In this document: positions 19,048 to 29,271 of the stretch, piece after piece
How the letters are laid out: each line of letters opens with the position of its first letter
Position numbering within the stretch: position 1 is the first letter of the stretch
NCBI GenBank assembly: GCA_963662585.1
Contig: OY759729.1
Coordinates: 3,168,001-3,232,000, forward strand
Direction of reading: 5' to 3'
DNA length: 64,000 bases
DNA from: Candidatus Cloacimonadales bacterium
GTDB lineage: Bacteria > Cloacimonadota > Cloacimonadia > Cloacimonadales > JAFGVF01
The notes under the pieces: model-generated
What the model saw: only the letters and a program-made list of their open reading frames with translations
Told to the model about the DNA's origin: nothing
Databases searched by the model: none
Translations under genes and position numbers: made by a program

Positions 19048-21453
19048 ATGCAAAAACTACTCATACCCATATTAATGCTTCTTTCTTTTAACTTACATGC
19101 TCTGTTAGAAGTCTCCTTAGATGGAACAAAGCCATATACTGAGATACAAACTGCCATAAGTAGTGCTGTAACTAATGATACAATCTTAGTATATCCTGGT
19201 AGCTATTACGAAAATCTTGTTTTAGATAATACAAGTAACCTATCATTATTTTCTTTGGAAGCAATTACCAGAGATACAACTTACATTTCACAAACAATAA
19301 TCAATGGTTCTCATAATCAAGGGTCAGTAATTTTATTAAATGGTAGCGTATATAATGCTACGGTTAGAGGTTTTACCATTACTGGTGGAAGTGGTTTTGA
19401 AGGAAATTATAATACTTACGGGGGTGGGATTTTTGTCTATGTTGGAGAACTAAACTTAATCAATTCAATAGTTGAATATAATGCTTCTGAAAATGGGGGG
19501 GGGATAAATTTAGATCATGGTGGCTCTTTGTCATTAAGTGGCTCTATCATCCGAAACAATGTCTCCTATCGGGGTGGAGGAGGGTTACTAATAGGTAGTT
19601 GTTCTACAGATCAACCTGAGATAGTCTTTGATCAAGTAAACAGATGCTCTATTTATGATAATTATGCTCAGCAGGGGGCTGATATTCATTGGATATTCTA
19701 TTGGGCTGGTTCTTGCGAAGTCTATTTAGACAATTTTACTGTAGCCGAACCTGATAGATATTATATTGATTACTGGGATATAAATAACTATTTTTATGAA
19801 GATTTAGGCTATACCCCTTTTGTAGTAGTTGATATCTGGCAGGGTGTTAATCAAGAGATTGATGCTGATTTATATGTTTCTAATGCTGGAGATGATAATA
19901 ATAGTGGTCTAAGCCCTGATCAATCCTTAAGGACTGTCCATTATGCTTATAATATAATTAAAAGTAATTCAGAAAATCCCAGAACTATCTATATGGCAGC
20001 AGGGGTATATGATAATAGTGTCCTTAATTGGTCCAATGTCCCTATTGCTTTGAAAAGTAATGTTACTTTAACAGGAATATCACCTGAAGAGACCAAGATA
20101 ATTATCGATAAATCTGTTAGTAATTGGCCAGTTGGAGTAGTGAATTCCATTTCTTTGTGGTTTGAAAATATTACTGTAAAGAATATGACCTTGAGTAATC
20201 TATCTGGTATTGCCTTGGCAGGTTCTCTTACTAAAAATTTCAAAGTAGAAAATGTCATAATTGAAAATTGCAACAGTGAGTATATGTCTCCGATAACAAC
20301 AGTCGGTTCCTTATATTTTTCTTCATATTACTTGAAGGATGTCATAATCAGAAATAATACAACTGAGACAAGATTCCCAGTAGGAGGAAGATTTATGGCA
20401 AAAGATGTGACATTTGACAATGTAATAGTAGAAAATAATCAGAACATAGGTAATCATCCCGATGGTGATATTGGGATATTTGAAATCATGGTTGAGAATG
20501 AACTTATAATCAAGAACTCTAAGTTTATTAATAACTATAATTCACAGGTGCAGGAATATGGAGCTGATTTCCGTTTTTGGCATGCACCAGGTTATCAAGA
20601 TAGTACAAAAGTTGTTATAGATAATTGCCTATTTGCAAATAATATTAATACCAGTCCCACAAGAAACAATCATCTTATTGGTAAAGAGCTATATATTAAT
20701 AATTGTACTTTCGCTGATAATAGTGGAGGTAGTGATTATGCATTGACGGTATCAACAGACCATACTGTTGGAATATACAACACAATAATTGCAAATAATG
20801 AACAAGTTTATCCTATTCTTTATGGTGAATCCTTAATCGTAGATAATTGCCTATTTAGTAATACTAGTAATATAGCAAGCAGTCCCATTTCAACTGATGT
20901 GACTTTTGGAGAGGGTAATATTTATGGGGCTGACCCACTATTTGCAGGGACTGATCCAACTAATCCAACTTATTATATGTTAACCGGAGATGATGTTAAT
21001 GGCTATTCTCCTGCCATAAATGCTGGATCTAGAGATTTCTCTTTTATGCCTGACTGGTATGAATCTCCTCGGGAAGATCTTTATGGAAATCCTCGTATTT
21101 ATGGAAACAGGGTCGATATGGGATGCTATGAGTTTCAAGGGGTTACTGTCGATAATGATGTTCAAACAGCTTCAGGGCTTCTTACAGCAATTAACTACCC
21201 AAATCCATTCAATCCAGAAACAACCATAGAATTTAATAATCCTGTTCAGGGTCAAGTGAATATTAATATCTATAATTTAAAAGGACAACTTGTTAAAAAT
21301 CTATTAGAAGATAATTTAAAGCAAGGAGTGCATAAAGTTATCTGGCAAGGAAGAGATAGTAATGATAAGCAAGTCGCAAGTGGTGTTTATTTTTACAAAA
21401 TCTCTTCTGGAAATAACCAAAGTGTAACCAAGAAAATTATCTTGTTAAAATAA
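19048..21453 (+). CDS. Secreted beta-helix (DUF1565-like) protein with T9SS-type CTD; paralogue of 14392-16809
   Basis: Colinear motifs with the first paralogue (DTILVYPG, ISQTIINGSH, DADLYVSN, NVPIALKS, GNPRI); NYPNPFNPET...KKIILLK. Confidence 0.87.
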   Translation: MQKLLIPILMLLSFNLHALLEVSLDGTKPYTEIQTAISSAVTNDTILVYPGSYYENLVLDNTSNLSLFSLEAITRDTTYISQTIINGSHNQGSVILLNGSVYNATVRGFTITGGSGFEGNYNTYGGGIFVYVGELNLINSIVEYNASENGGGINLDHGGSLSLSGSIIRNNVSYRGGGGLLIGSCSTDQPEIVFDQVNRCSIYDNYAQQGADIHWIFYWAGSCEVYLDNFTVAEPDRYYIDYWDINNYFYEDLGYTPFVVVDIWQGVNQEIDADLYVSNAGDDNNSGLSPDQSLRTVHYAYNIIKSNSENPRTIYMAAGVYDNSVLNWSNVPIALKSNVTLTGISPEETKIIIDKSVSNWPVGVVNSISLWFENITVKNMTLSNLSGIALAGSLTKNFKVENVIIENCNSEYMSPITTVGSLYFSSYYLKDVIIRNNTTETRFPVGGRFMAKDVTFDNVIVENNQNIGNHPDGDIGIFEIMVENELIIKNSKFINNYNSQVQEYGADFRFWHAPGYQDSTKVVIDNCLFANNINTSPTRNNHLIGKELYINNCTFADNSGGSDYALTVSTDHTVGIYNTIIANNEQVYPILYGESLIVDNCLFSNTSNIASSPISTDVTFGEGNIYGADPLFAGTDPTNPTYYMLTGDDVNGYSPAINAGSRDFSFMPDWYESPREDLYGNPRIYGNRVDMGCYEFQGVTVDNDVQTASGLLTAINYPNPFNPETTIEFNNPVQGQVNINIYNLKGQLVKNLLEDNLKQGVHKVIWQGRDSNDKQVASGVYFYKISSGNNQSVTKKIILLK

Positions 21454-21823
21454 TTTGAAACACCCCCTGTGTCCCCCTCACGGAGGGAGATGTATGGTGG
21501 GAAACAACACTGTCGCTGCCACCGCTCTTTTAGCGTACCTTCAGCACTAAAGCGGGGAGTTTAAGATTCACGGACTAAAGGTCCGTAACCCCAGTTAATG
21601 GAAGCAGGGACGCTTCCATTCCATAGGAAAACACCCCCTATTTCCCCCTCACGGAGGGGGATGTACCCTCGCGGAGGGGAATTTAGGAAGAAATACCCCG
21701 TCATCTTCGATGCCACCCCTCTTTTAGCGTACCTTCAGCACTAAAGCGGGGAGTTTGACATTCACGGACTAAAGGTCCGTAACCCCAGTTAATGGAAGCA
21801 GGGACGCTTCCATTCCATAGGAA
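21191..21823 (+). repeat. Direct repeat copy 2, with an internal about 112-bp subunit duplicated (21517-21630 and 21712-21823)
   Basis: Direct sequence comparison with 16547-17081. Confidence 0.9.
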
Positions 21824-21947
21824 AGCCCACCTTGTGTCAACCTCTCACAAGGGCTATTGATATTAAAGAAAAATAGCTGAAGTTTTGTACATTTTTCAAG
21901 TAATTACCTTAAATTAAGTAAGAACAGCAACAAAATAATATTTTCTA

Positions 21948-21975
21948 TTGACTTTTATTTCAGAATACTTATAAT
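21948..21975 (+). promoter_or_regulatory. sigma70 promoter of ftsY operon
   Basis: TTGACT - 16 bp - TATAAT. Confidence 0.7.
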
Positions 21976-22015
21976 GACATAAAAATTATTTGTTATTCGT
22001 TATAGGAGTTTAGTA

Positions 22016-22948
22016 ATGTTTAAATTTGTTAAAAAGCTAAAAGATAAATTAGCTACTACCAAAAATAATTTCATAGGGAAAATCGCTGAAGCTGTTAATT
22101 TGCGCGGCGTTGTAGATGAAGAATTATTAGAGCAATTAGAAGAGATCTTGCTTCAGGGTGATACTGGGGTGGAGATGACAACAGAAATTATTGATAAATT
22201 GCGAGATGAAATAAGAATTAATAAAATTAAAGATACAGAGACTGTTCAGGAAATTATAAAAAATATCATGAGCGAGAAGTTAATGTCAGATTATGAAGAG
22301 AATGAAGAAGTCTTTGTAATGACAGACAAAAAGCCTTATATTATATTATTTATAGGGGTAAATGGAGTAGGAAAGACTACAACTATTGGTAAGTTAGCCA
22401 AGAGATTTGTTCAGGAAGGAAAATCTGTATTGATGGTTGCTGGTGATACTTTTAGGGCAGCAGCAGTAGAACAATTAGTGATTTGGTCAGATAGGGCCAA
22501 GGTAGATATTATTAAGCAAGCTCAAGGCGCAGACCCATCTGCAGTAGTTTTTGACGGAATTAAATCCGCTATTGCCAAGAATAAAGATGTAGTAATGATT
22601 GATACGGCAGGAAGACAGCATAATAGAGCTAACCTAATGAAAGAATTAGAAAAAATATATAGGACTATTCAGAAAGTAGCACCTGATGGACCTCATGAAG
22701 TATTTTTAGTGTTAGATTCAACTACTGGTCAAAATGCTGTTAATCAAGCAAAGACTTTCAATGGAATTGTTCCTTTAACTGGATTAGTTTTAACTAAATT
22801 AGATGGTACTGCCAAGGGTGGAATCGTCTTAAATATTAAAAAAGTTCTTAACATTCCTGTAAAACTAATTGGTGTAGGAGAAGGGATTGATGACCTTCAA
22901 GATTTTGATGCTAAAGAGTTTGTTAATGCAATGTTTAGTAAGGACTAA
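22016..22948 (+). CDS. ftsY: Signal recognition particle receptor FtsY
   Basis: GVNGVGKTTTIGKLA, DTFRAAA, DTAGR, TGQNA, TKLDGTAKGG. Confidence 0.97.
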   Translation: MFKFVKKLKDKLATTKNNFIGKIAEAVNLRGVVDEELLEQLEEILLQGDTGVEMTTEIIDKLRDEIRINKIKDTETVQEIIKNIMSEKLMSDYEENEEVFVMTDKKPYIILFIGVNGVGKTTTIGKLAKRFVQEGKSVLMVAGDTFRAAAVEQLVIWSDRAKVDIIKQAQGADPSAVVFDGIKSAIAKNKDVVMIDTAGRQHNRANLMKELEKIYRTIQKVAPDGPHEVFLVLDSTTGQNAVNQAKTFNGIVPLTGLVLTKLDGTAKGGIVLNIKKVLNIPVKLIGVGEGIDDLQDFDAKEFVNAMFSKD

Positions 22949-22950
22949 GA

Positions 22951-23166
22951 ATGGATAAAAAAAACACTGAACCAAAGAATTATGAATCTGCTGTAAAAGA
23001 GCTAAACATAATTGTTGAGCAAATAGAAGAATCAGATTTACCGTTAGAAAAGATGATTGAGCTTTATGAGAAAGGGAAGATACTTTTAGCATATTGCGAA
23101 AAACAATTAAATAGATTTGAAGAGAAAATTGAAGTAATAAACCGTAAGAATCAGGAGAATTTATAA
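22951..23166 (+). CDS. xseB: Exodeoxyribonuclease VII small subunit
   Basis: YESAVKELNIIVEQIEESDLPLEKMIELYEKG pattern; xseB-ispA order. Confidence 0.9.
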   Translation: MDKKNTEPKNYESAVKELNIIVEQIEESDLPLEKMIELYEKGKILLAYCEKQLNRFEEKIEVINRKNQENL

Positions 23167-24063
23167 ATGTCTAATCAAAAATCAATGATGATTAAAAAAG
23201 ATATTAGAGAGAAAAGAGAGATTGTTAATATTATTTTGGATAGGTTTTTACCTAGAAAAGATGAATACCCAAAGCAAATTCATAAAGCTATAAGGCATAC
23301 CCTTTTTGCTGGTGGAAAGAGGATTAGACCATATCTAACTTTATCTGTCTATTCTCTCTTTGATACTGATTATTCAAAGGTGAAATATCTTGCGGGTGCA
23401 ATTGAATTACTGCATACTTACACCTTGATTCATGATGATCTTCCAGAAATAGATAACGATGATATGAGAAGAGGAAAGAAAAGTTGTCATGTTTTGTATG
23501 GTTCAGATATAGCACTACTCGCAGGTGATGCTCTTTTAGTTTCAGCTTTTGAGCTTCTAGCTTCTTCTCCTTTTACTGATGAAGAAAAAATTATATACAT
23601 TAGGGAATTAGCTACAGTTGCTGGTTCAGAAGGAATTATATCTGGACAGATGAATGATATTCTTAATGAGAATAAAAAAGTAACAAAGAAGACTTTAGAA
23701 TATATTCATGAAAATAAGACTGCAAAATTACTTAACTTAGCTGTAAAATTTGGATGTATGGCAGCGAATGCTCCAGAAGAGGATTGCCAAAGATTAGATA
23801 AATATGCTTCAAAAATAGGTTTAGCTTTTCAAGTAGTTGATGATATTTTAGATATAGAAGGTAATCCTGATGTGCTAGGAAAAACTATTGGGAAAGATGC
23901 TGAAGTTCAAAAAGCTACATTCCCTGCAGTTTATGGTTTAGATAAGTCCCATGAAATGGCAACTAAACTAATTGGAAGCGCTCAGAAAATACTTTCTCAC
24001 TATGGTGATAAAGCTGAAAATCTCTCTTTATTAACAGATTTTATCTTAACTAGAAAGTTCTAA
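23167..24063 (+). CDS. ispA: Polyprenyl (farnesyl/geranyl) diphosphate synthase
   Basis: GGKRIRP, LIHDDLPEIDNDDMRRG, FQVVDDILD, GKD...KATFP. Confidence 0.92.
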   Translation: MSNQKSMMIKKDIREKREIVNIILDRFLPRKDEYPKQIHKAIRHTLFAGGKRIRPYLTLSVYSLFDTDYSKVKYLAGAIELLHTYTLIHDDLPEIDNDDMRRGKKSCHVLYGSDIALLAGDALLVSAFELLASSPFTDEEKIIYIRELATVAGSEGIISGQMNDILNENKKVTKKTLEYIHENKTAKLLNLAVKFGCMAANAPEEDCQRLDKYASKIGLAFQVVDDILDIEGNPDVLGKTIGKDAEVQKATFPAVYGLDKSHEMATKLIGSAQKILSHYGDKAENLSLLTDFILTRKF

Positions 24064-24497
24064 TGAAGATAGAAGTAAAAAGATTAGTTGACCAAGCTTC
24101 TCTACCACAAAAGTACTCTGAAAATGCCGCAGGATATGATATTTGCGCTTGTTTAGACACTCCTTTAGTTGTAGAACCCAATACGGTAGTTTTAGTACCT
24201 ACTGGTTTATCAATAGCTATAGAAGCTGGCTATGAAGTGCAAATCAGACCAAGAAGTGGTTTGGCACTAAAGAATCAGATAGGGGTTTTAAACTCTCCTG
24301 GAACAATAGATCCAGACTACAGGGGAGAGGTTAAGATAATACTTTTTAACTTTGGTAAAGAGCATTTTACTGTCACTCACGGAATGAGAGTTGCCCAAAT
24401 GGTTATTAGTAAGTATGAGAATCCAGTCTGGGATGAAGTTGATGAATTAAGTGAAACCGATAGAGGTGCAGGCGGATTTGGTCATACTAATATCTAG
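24063..24497 (+). CDS. dut: dUTP diphosphatase
   Basis: AAGYD, RPRSGLA, GTIDPDYRGE, RGAGGFGHT. Confidence 0.97.
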   Translation: MKIEVKRLVDQASLPQKYSENAAGYDICACLDTPLVVEPNTVVLVPTGLSIAIEAGYEVQIRPRSGLALKNQIGVLNSPGTIDPDYRGEVKIILFNFGKEHFTVTHGMRVAQMVISKYENPVWDEVDELSETDRGAGGFGHTNI

Positions 24498-24576
24498 AAG
24501 AAGAGAGAAGAAGTAAGATTTTATCCCTAGATTTCACTGATAAAAAATAAAATATAAAAATAGATTGAGGAATTTT

Positions 24577-25485
24577 ATGGAGAACCAAGAATTAGTTAAT
24601 GAAATAAATAGATTGAAGAAAGAAAAGAGCGTAGTTATCCTAGCTCATAATTATGTAACTTTAGATGTGCAAGATGTTGCTGATTTTGTTGGTGACTCAC
24701 TACAACTATCAATTGAAGCAAGCAAAGTTAAGGCTGATATTATTTTATTTTGTGGGGTTCGCTTTATGGCTGAAACTGCCAAAATACTTTCACCTAAAAC
24801 CAAGGTTCTATTACCTGTTGAAGATGCTGGCTGTCCAATGGCAGATATGATTACAGGAGAACAATTAAGACAGTTTAAAAATAATCATCCGAATTCAGTA
24901 GTTATGTGTTATGTTAATTCAACTGCTGAGGTTAAAGCTGAAAGTGACATCTGCTGTACTTCTTCAAATGCTGTGAAAATAATTGAGACTTTACCTAGAG
25001 ATCAAAAAATACTCTTTGTTCCTGATCAAAATCTAGGTACTTATGCAGCTCATCAAACTAAAAGACATATTGTTGTGTGGGCTGGTTACTGTCCAGTTCA
25101 TCACCTAAAAATGAGTAAGCAAGATGTCATAGATGTCAAGAAACAATATCCTAAATACAAGTTATTAGTTCATCCTGAGTGTCCTACAGAAATTATCAAT
25201 TATGCTGATGTGGTAGCATCTACAAAAGGAATGGCAGATTATGCTAAAGAACATGATAACCTTATTATTGGTACTGAAGTTGGCTTATATGAGCAGATAA
25301 AAAGAGATAATCCTGGAAAAAATATCATACCTTTAGCAAATAGAGCAGTATGCGTCAATATGAAGAAGATTCATCTTGAAGATGTCTTAAGCAGTTTGCA
25401 AAATGAAACTTACGAAATTACTCTACCTGAAGACCTTAGAGTGGCTGCTAAAAAAAGTATTGATGCAATGTTAAAACTTTCTTAA
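24577..25485 (+). CDS. nadA: Quinolinate synthase A
   Basis: ILAHNY, CGVRFMAE, AGCPMA, YVNS, CPVH, HPEC, CVNMK; start moved to ATG 24577. Confidence 0.96.
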   Translation: MENQELVNEINRLKKEKSVVILAHNYVTLDVQDVADFVGDSLQLSIEASKVKADIILFCGVRFMAETAKILSPKTKVLLPVEDAGCPMADMITGEQLRQFKNNHPNSVVMCYVNSTAEVKAESDICCTSSNAVKIIETLPRDQKILFVPDQNLGTYAAHQTKRHIVVWAGYCPVHHLKMSKQDVIDVKKQYPKYKLLVHPECPTEIINYADVVASTKGMADYAKEHDNLIIGTEVGLYEQIKRDNPGKNIIPLANRAVCVNMKKIHLEDVLSSLQNETYEITLPEDLRVAAKKSIDAMLKLS

Positions 25486-26123
25486 TGCTAGATAAATCAT
25501 GGTTGGAAGAAAGAACTACTCAAGTTAGATTACCTGATGGTTCTTGTATTTATCAGCATAAGCAAGGACAAAAGATTTCTTCTGATAATGAAGATTTTAA
25601 TAGTATCTTAACTAGAAGATTTCAAGGTTCATCATACCAAGGATTAAAAGTTCTGGAATTAGGTGTGGGCAATGGAATTAACTCCATTATGCTGAAGAAA
25701 GAGTTTCCAACTTGGGATATTACTGCTTTAGAATTAGATCATGAACAAGCAAAATTAGCTTCATACAACTGTGATTTACTTGGTCTGACAATAAAGATTG
25801 AAGAAAGCGATTTTCGTGCATATTTAACTTCTGTTAAATATGATTTGATTATTGCTAATCCTCCTTACCAAAAAGTAGGAAGTGGTCGGTTGAGTCCTTA
25901 TGAACGCACAAATTTAGCTAAATTTGAATTGACTTGTACCATGGAAGATGTTTTTTTAGCTTTAAAGAGAAATCTTGCTTTAAATGGAGAAGCTTGGTTA
26001 CTCTATGCCCAAGATAGGGAAGATGATATAAGAGAATTCATAAATCAAGGACAGTTTAAAGAAATCGAAATGATTAGAAAGAATAAAATATTAATTGTTG
26101 GATTAAAATATGTTGCAAATTAA
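25485..26123 (+). CDS. SAM-dependent methyltransferase, TrmN6/YfiC-like
   Basis: VLELGVGNG, DLIIANPPY, LAKFE. Confidence 0.75.
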   Translation: MLDKSWLEERTTQVRLPDGSCIYQHKQGQKISSDNEDFNSILTRRFQGSSYQGLKVLELGVGNGINSIMLKKEFPTWDITALELDHEQAKLASYNCDLLGLTIKIEESDFRAYLTSVKYDLIIANPPYQKVGSGRLSPYERTNLAKFELTCTMEDVFLALKRNLALNGEAWLLYAQDREDDIREFINQGQFKEIEMIRKNKILIVGLKYVAN

Positions 26124-26703
26124 TGATTTAGAAATAATTAAAGAAAAGAGAATTATATTTAGAGTAGCTGAATTGAAACTTGAAAGTTCAACTATCAATG
26201 CCTTGTATGGAGAAGAGAAATCCGGCAAGAGTTTGTTAACAAGAACTATTCATGGATTATATTCTAACTTCAGAGGAATCATAGACTTTTACAACATAAG
26301 TAATAGTAAAATAAATTCTTATCTTATTACTAAAGATGTTCATCTACTTCAAAATGAAAGCGTAAATGATAATTTTTCCTTTAATGCTAAAGAGAACTTA
26401 GAATCAATAAGAGAGTATTCTTTTATCGCTGGTTTAGAAAATGATTTAGAAAGAAAAATCTCTGAGTTACCTCTATTTAAACAGAAGCTAGTTGAACTAT
26501 CCATCGGATGTGGATTAAAACCAGCTCTTTTAATTATCGATGACTTTGATAAGTGTTTTACAGCTAATAATCTTACTTTAAGTGGGAAACTTTTATCTAA
26601 ATTCAAAGTTGATAATGGGACTGTTCTGCTCACATCTAGACTTAAAATTCCTGAAATGGATTCTGTATATGAAATTGATGATAGTAAAGTGGTGCAGTTA
26701 TGA
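26110..26703 (+). CDS. Degenerate ABC ATPase-like protein (possibly FtsE-like)
   Basis: Walker A GEEKSGKS, Walker B LLIIDD, but LSGGQ signature replaced by LPLFK. Confidence 0.6.
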   Translation: MLQINDLEIIKEKRIIFRVAELKLESSTINALYGEEKSGKSLLTRTIHGLYSNFRGIIDFYNISNSKINSYLITKDVHLLQNESVNDNFSFNAKENLESIREYSFIAGLENDLERKISELPLFKQKLVELSIGCGLKPALLIIDDFDKCFTANNLTLSGKLLSKFKVDNGTVLLTSRLKIPEMDSVYEIDDSKVVQL

Positions 26704-27656
26704 AAAAAAGATTTCTACTCTTAAATACTGCTATCCTACTCATTTTCATAGTTAGTGGATTTGCCTACCATAATTATTCAAGATTGAAAGATGTCGCTGT
26801 CGGAAGTTTGGCTTTAAAGCAATTAGAAGAAAGAGAAGAGATTAGTTTAGAGAAAATATCATCTTTGCAACTATCTGTTTACAGCATTCAGGCTAACGAA
26901 CTTAGTCAAGTTAGAAAAGATATTATGGCAAAATTTCAAGAATCTGATTTTGAAAGTATTACTATTCAACCAAGAGCTGCATTTATAGATTCCTTATTAT
27001 TCGATAGCAAATTTAAACAATATATGAATAATTCTAATTTAACTAAATCAAATAAGTCCTTACTCAATAAAATGAAGCTGTATTTGCCAAATGAATTGCT
27101 TATTTCATTCTTAGCAAATAGCCAATCAATCAATCAGATTTTTTCTATTGAAGAGTATCTAACTGAAAATGGTTATAGTTATATCGGTGGCAGTAGTATT
27201 CCATCTGTAAAATCTCAAGTGAAACATTATTATTATGATAAAAACCTTTTCAATGATTTGGTTACCGAATTTGCTGCTATAGCACAAGAAAGAGATTTCT
27301 TACTAAAGCAAAGAGGCAATAATAAAATCATCGGCATTGCTCTAATGGGTTTTCTTTTTATTTTTATGACAACTCTTATTCAGCTATATGATTTTTATTT
27401 ATTAAATATCAATAGTGAAAAAATTAAATTCTTGCTTAAAGGTCATATTAATCCTAGAAAATACCAGAGATATATAGCTAAAATGAAATCTATTTCTTTA
27501 ATTTTGATTATTATAGTATGCATACTTGATTTTGCTCTCAAGCTTAGCTCCAAATTTAATATTAATCTAGATCAGAAGCTGCTTATTTTTATTAGCTTCA
27601 CCGCTTTAACTAATCTGTTAATATTCACTATTAAAAAAGAAAGGATAGATATATAA
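26700..27656 (+). CDS. Membrane protein with 1 TM + large loop + 3 TM (FtsX-like topology)
   Basis: Hydrophobic segments at the N-terminus and three at the C-terminus; start overlaps the ATPase stop. Confidence 0.5.
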   Translation: MKKRFLLLNTAILLIFIVSGFAYHNYSRLKDVAVGSLALKQLEEREEISLEKISSLQLSVYSIQANELSQVRKDIMAKFQESDFESITIQPRAAFIDSLLFDSKFKQYMNNSNLTKSNKSLLNKMKLYLPNELLISFLANSQSINQIFSIEEYLTENGYSYIGGSSIPSVKSQVKHYYYDKNLFNDLVTEFAAIAQERDFLLKQRGNNKIIGIALMGFLFIFMTTLIQLYDFYLLNINSEKIKFLLKGHINPRKYQRYIAKMKSISLILIIIVCILDFALKLSSKFNINLDQKLLIFISFTALTNLLIFTIKKERIDI

Positions 27657-28198
27657 TGATGAAACATATACCGAATATTCTTACCGTTCTGAGAGTTATT
27701 TTAGTACCATTCTTTATCTACTATTTTACTCAAGGTAATTTGATGTTAGCTTTTATTCTCTTTATAACTGCTTCTATTACAGATTACTTGGATGGTTTCC
27801 TTGCCCGAAAGTTTAAAGTAATTTCTAACTTTGGTAAAATAATGGACCCTTTAGCTGACAAACTATTAGTTCTCTCGGCTTTAGGACTTTTAACATTTGG
27901 ACAACATGGATATTTATCTGTGTGGATATTTGTAATTGTTACTTTAAGAGAAATCATAATAACAATTTTAAGAGATATTTATAAGAAAAAAAATATCTTT
28001 ATGGCTGCTAACAACTGGGGTAAAATAAAAACTGTAACTCAGATGGTTGGTTTAACAATCGCTTTGTTTCTTTTAGGTATAAACATAAATTTAGAAGAAT
28101 ATTCTTTATATCTAAATGTCTATTTCTGGGGAGTAGCTATTGTTACTATTCTTTCAGGAGCATCTTACCTCAAAAACCTAAAGGAACTTTTTAAATGA
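27656..28198 (+). CDS. pgsA: CDP-diacylglycerol--glycerol-3-phosphate 3-phosphatidyltransferase
   Basis: PNILTVLR, TDYLDGFLARK...GKIMDPLADK, GKIKTVTQM. Confidence 0.95.
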   Translation: MMKHIPNILTVLRVILVPFFIYYFTQGNLMLAFILFITASITDYLDGFLARKFKVISNFGKIMDPLADKLLVLSALGLLTFGQHGYLSVWIFVIVTLREIIITILRDIYKKKNIFMAANNWGKIKTVTQMVGLTIALFLLGININLEEYSLYLNVYFWGVAIVTILSGASYLKNLKELFK

Positions 28199-29271
28199 AA
28201 CATGTGATTATCGCACTTCTAATTATGATATCTTTAGTAGCTTGCACTAAATCAGAAAAAGGCTACATGCCAATCGAGAATTTTACCGATAATAGTAAGC
28301 CAGTATCTTATGGTAATCATCAAGATGTGTATGTATTCTCTAATCAAGTATTGAGTAAAAACACTTTAAATATAATGGAAAAGCAATTTGGTTATCCTTT
28401 TGAAGGAGCCCAGAAAGAGAGAACTTTTGAACTAATATGGAAAAATTTTGATGATTTTGAAGACTTTAAGAAAGCTAAGAACCTTATCTTTATCTGTAAC
28501 TTAGATATTCAAGATGAATTTACTTCCTTTGTTAAAAGTAAGATAGCTCAAGAAAAGATAGATAAAGTCATGACCAGCTCTGCCAGCATGATAACATATC
28601 AAAATGAGTGGTCTGATGACCAGCTAGTTACTTTTATCTTAGCTCCTGATGAGATAAGAACTGAAGATATTATAATCGCTAAAATACCTAATCTCTATTT
28701 AGATTATGAAAAAAGATTCTTGCAAAGAATGACGAGAAGAGTATTCTATAGAGAAGGTTTAAATGGAAATAAATTCGCAGAATATAATTATAGTCTGCAA
28801 ATACCTTCCACTTTCCAACTCTACAAAGAGAACAAAGACGAAAATATGATTAGTTTTATCTATAGATATAAAAAGAAAGAAACTGTTCTTCCTGATAAAT
28901 TCGTTACTGTTTATCAAGAGCAGATGAATAATGATGATTTTGCTGCATCTTGGGTAAGAAGTAGTAGGGAAAAAATTAGTAAAGTTATCTTAGATGGTGA
29001 TCAAATTGATTGGAATAGAAGTAGATTGATGCCTAAGACTTTTAAAACATGGAATGGGAAAAGTTACTTAGGTTTCATTTTTGAAGGTGCATGGGAAAAT
29101 GACCAAACTAAAATGGGTGGTTCATTTAGAAGTTATGCAATTTATGATGATCAAGTTAAAACAGCATATTTTATTGATACTGCAGTTTATTATCCTGCTG
29201 GTACCAAAATACCATATCTTTTCGAATTAGAAGGTATTGCAAAGTCATTTAATATTAAGGAGAAGAAATGA
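28195..29271 (+). CDS. Lipoprotein, DUF4837-like
   Basis: Lipobox LVAC; GAWEN...MGGSF, YYPAGTK..Y..ELE. Confidence 0.6.
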   Translation: MKHVIIALLIMISLVACTKSEKGYMPIENFTDNSKPVSYGNHQDVYVFSNQVLSKNTLNIMEKQFGYPFEGAQKERTFELIWKNFDDFEDFKKAKNLIFICNLDIQDEFTSFVKSKIAQEKIDKVMTSSASMITYQNEWSDDQLVTFILAPDEIRTEDIIIAKIPNLYLDYEKRFLQRMTRRVFYREGLNGNKFAEYNYSLQIPSTFQLYKENKDENMISFIYRYKKKETVLPDKFVTVYQEQMNNDDFAASWVRSSREKISKVILDGDQIDWNRSRLMPKTFKTWNGKSYLGFIFEGAWENDQTKMGGSFRSYAIYDDQVKTAYFIDTAVYYPAGTKIPYLFELEGIAKSFNIKEKK

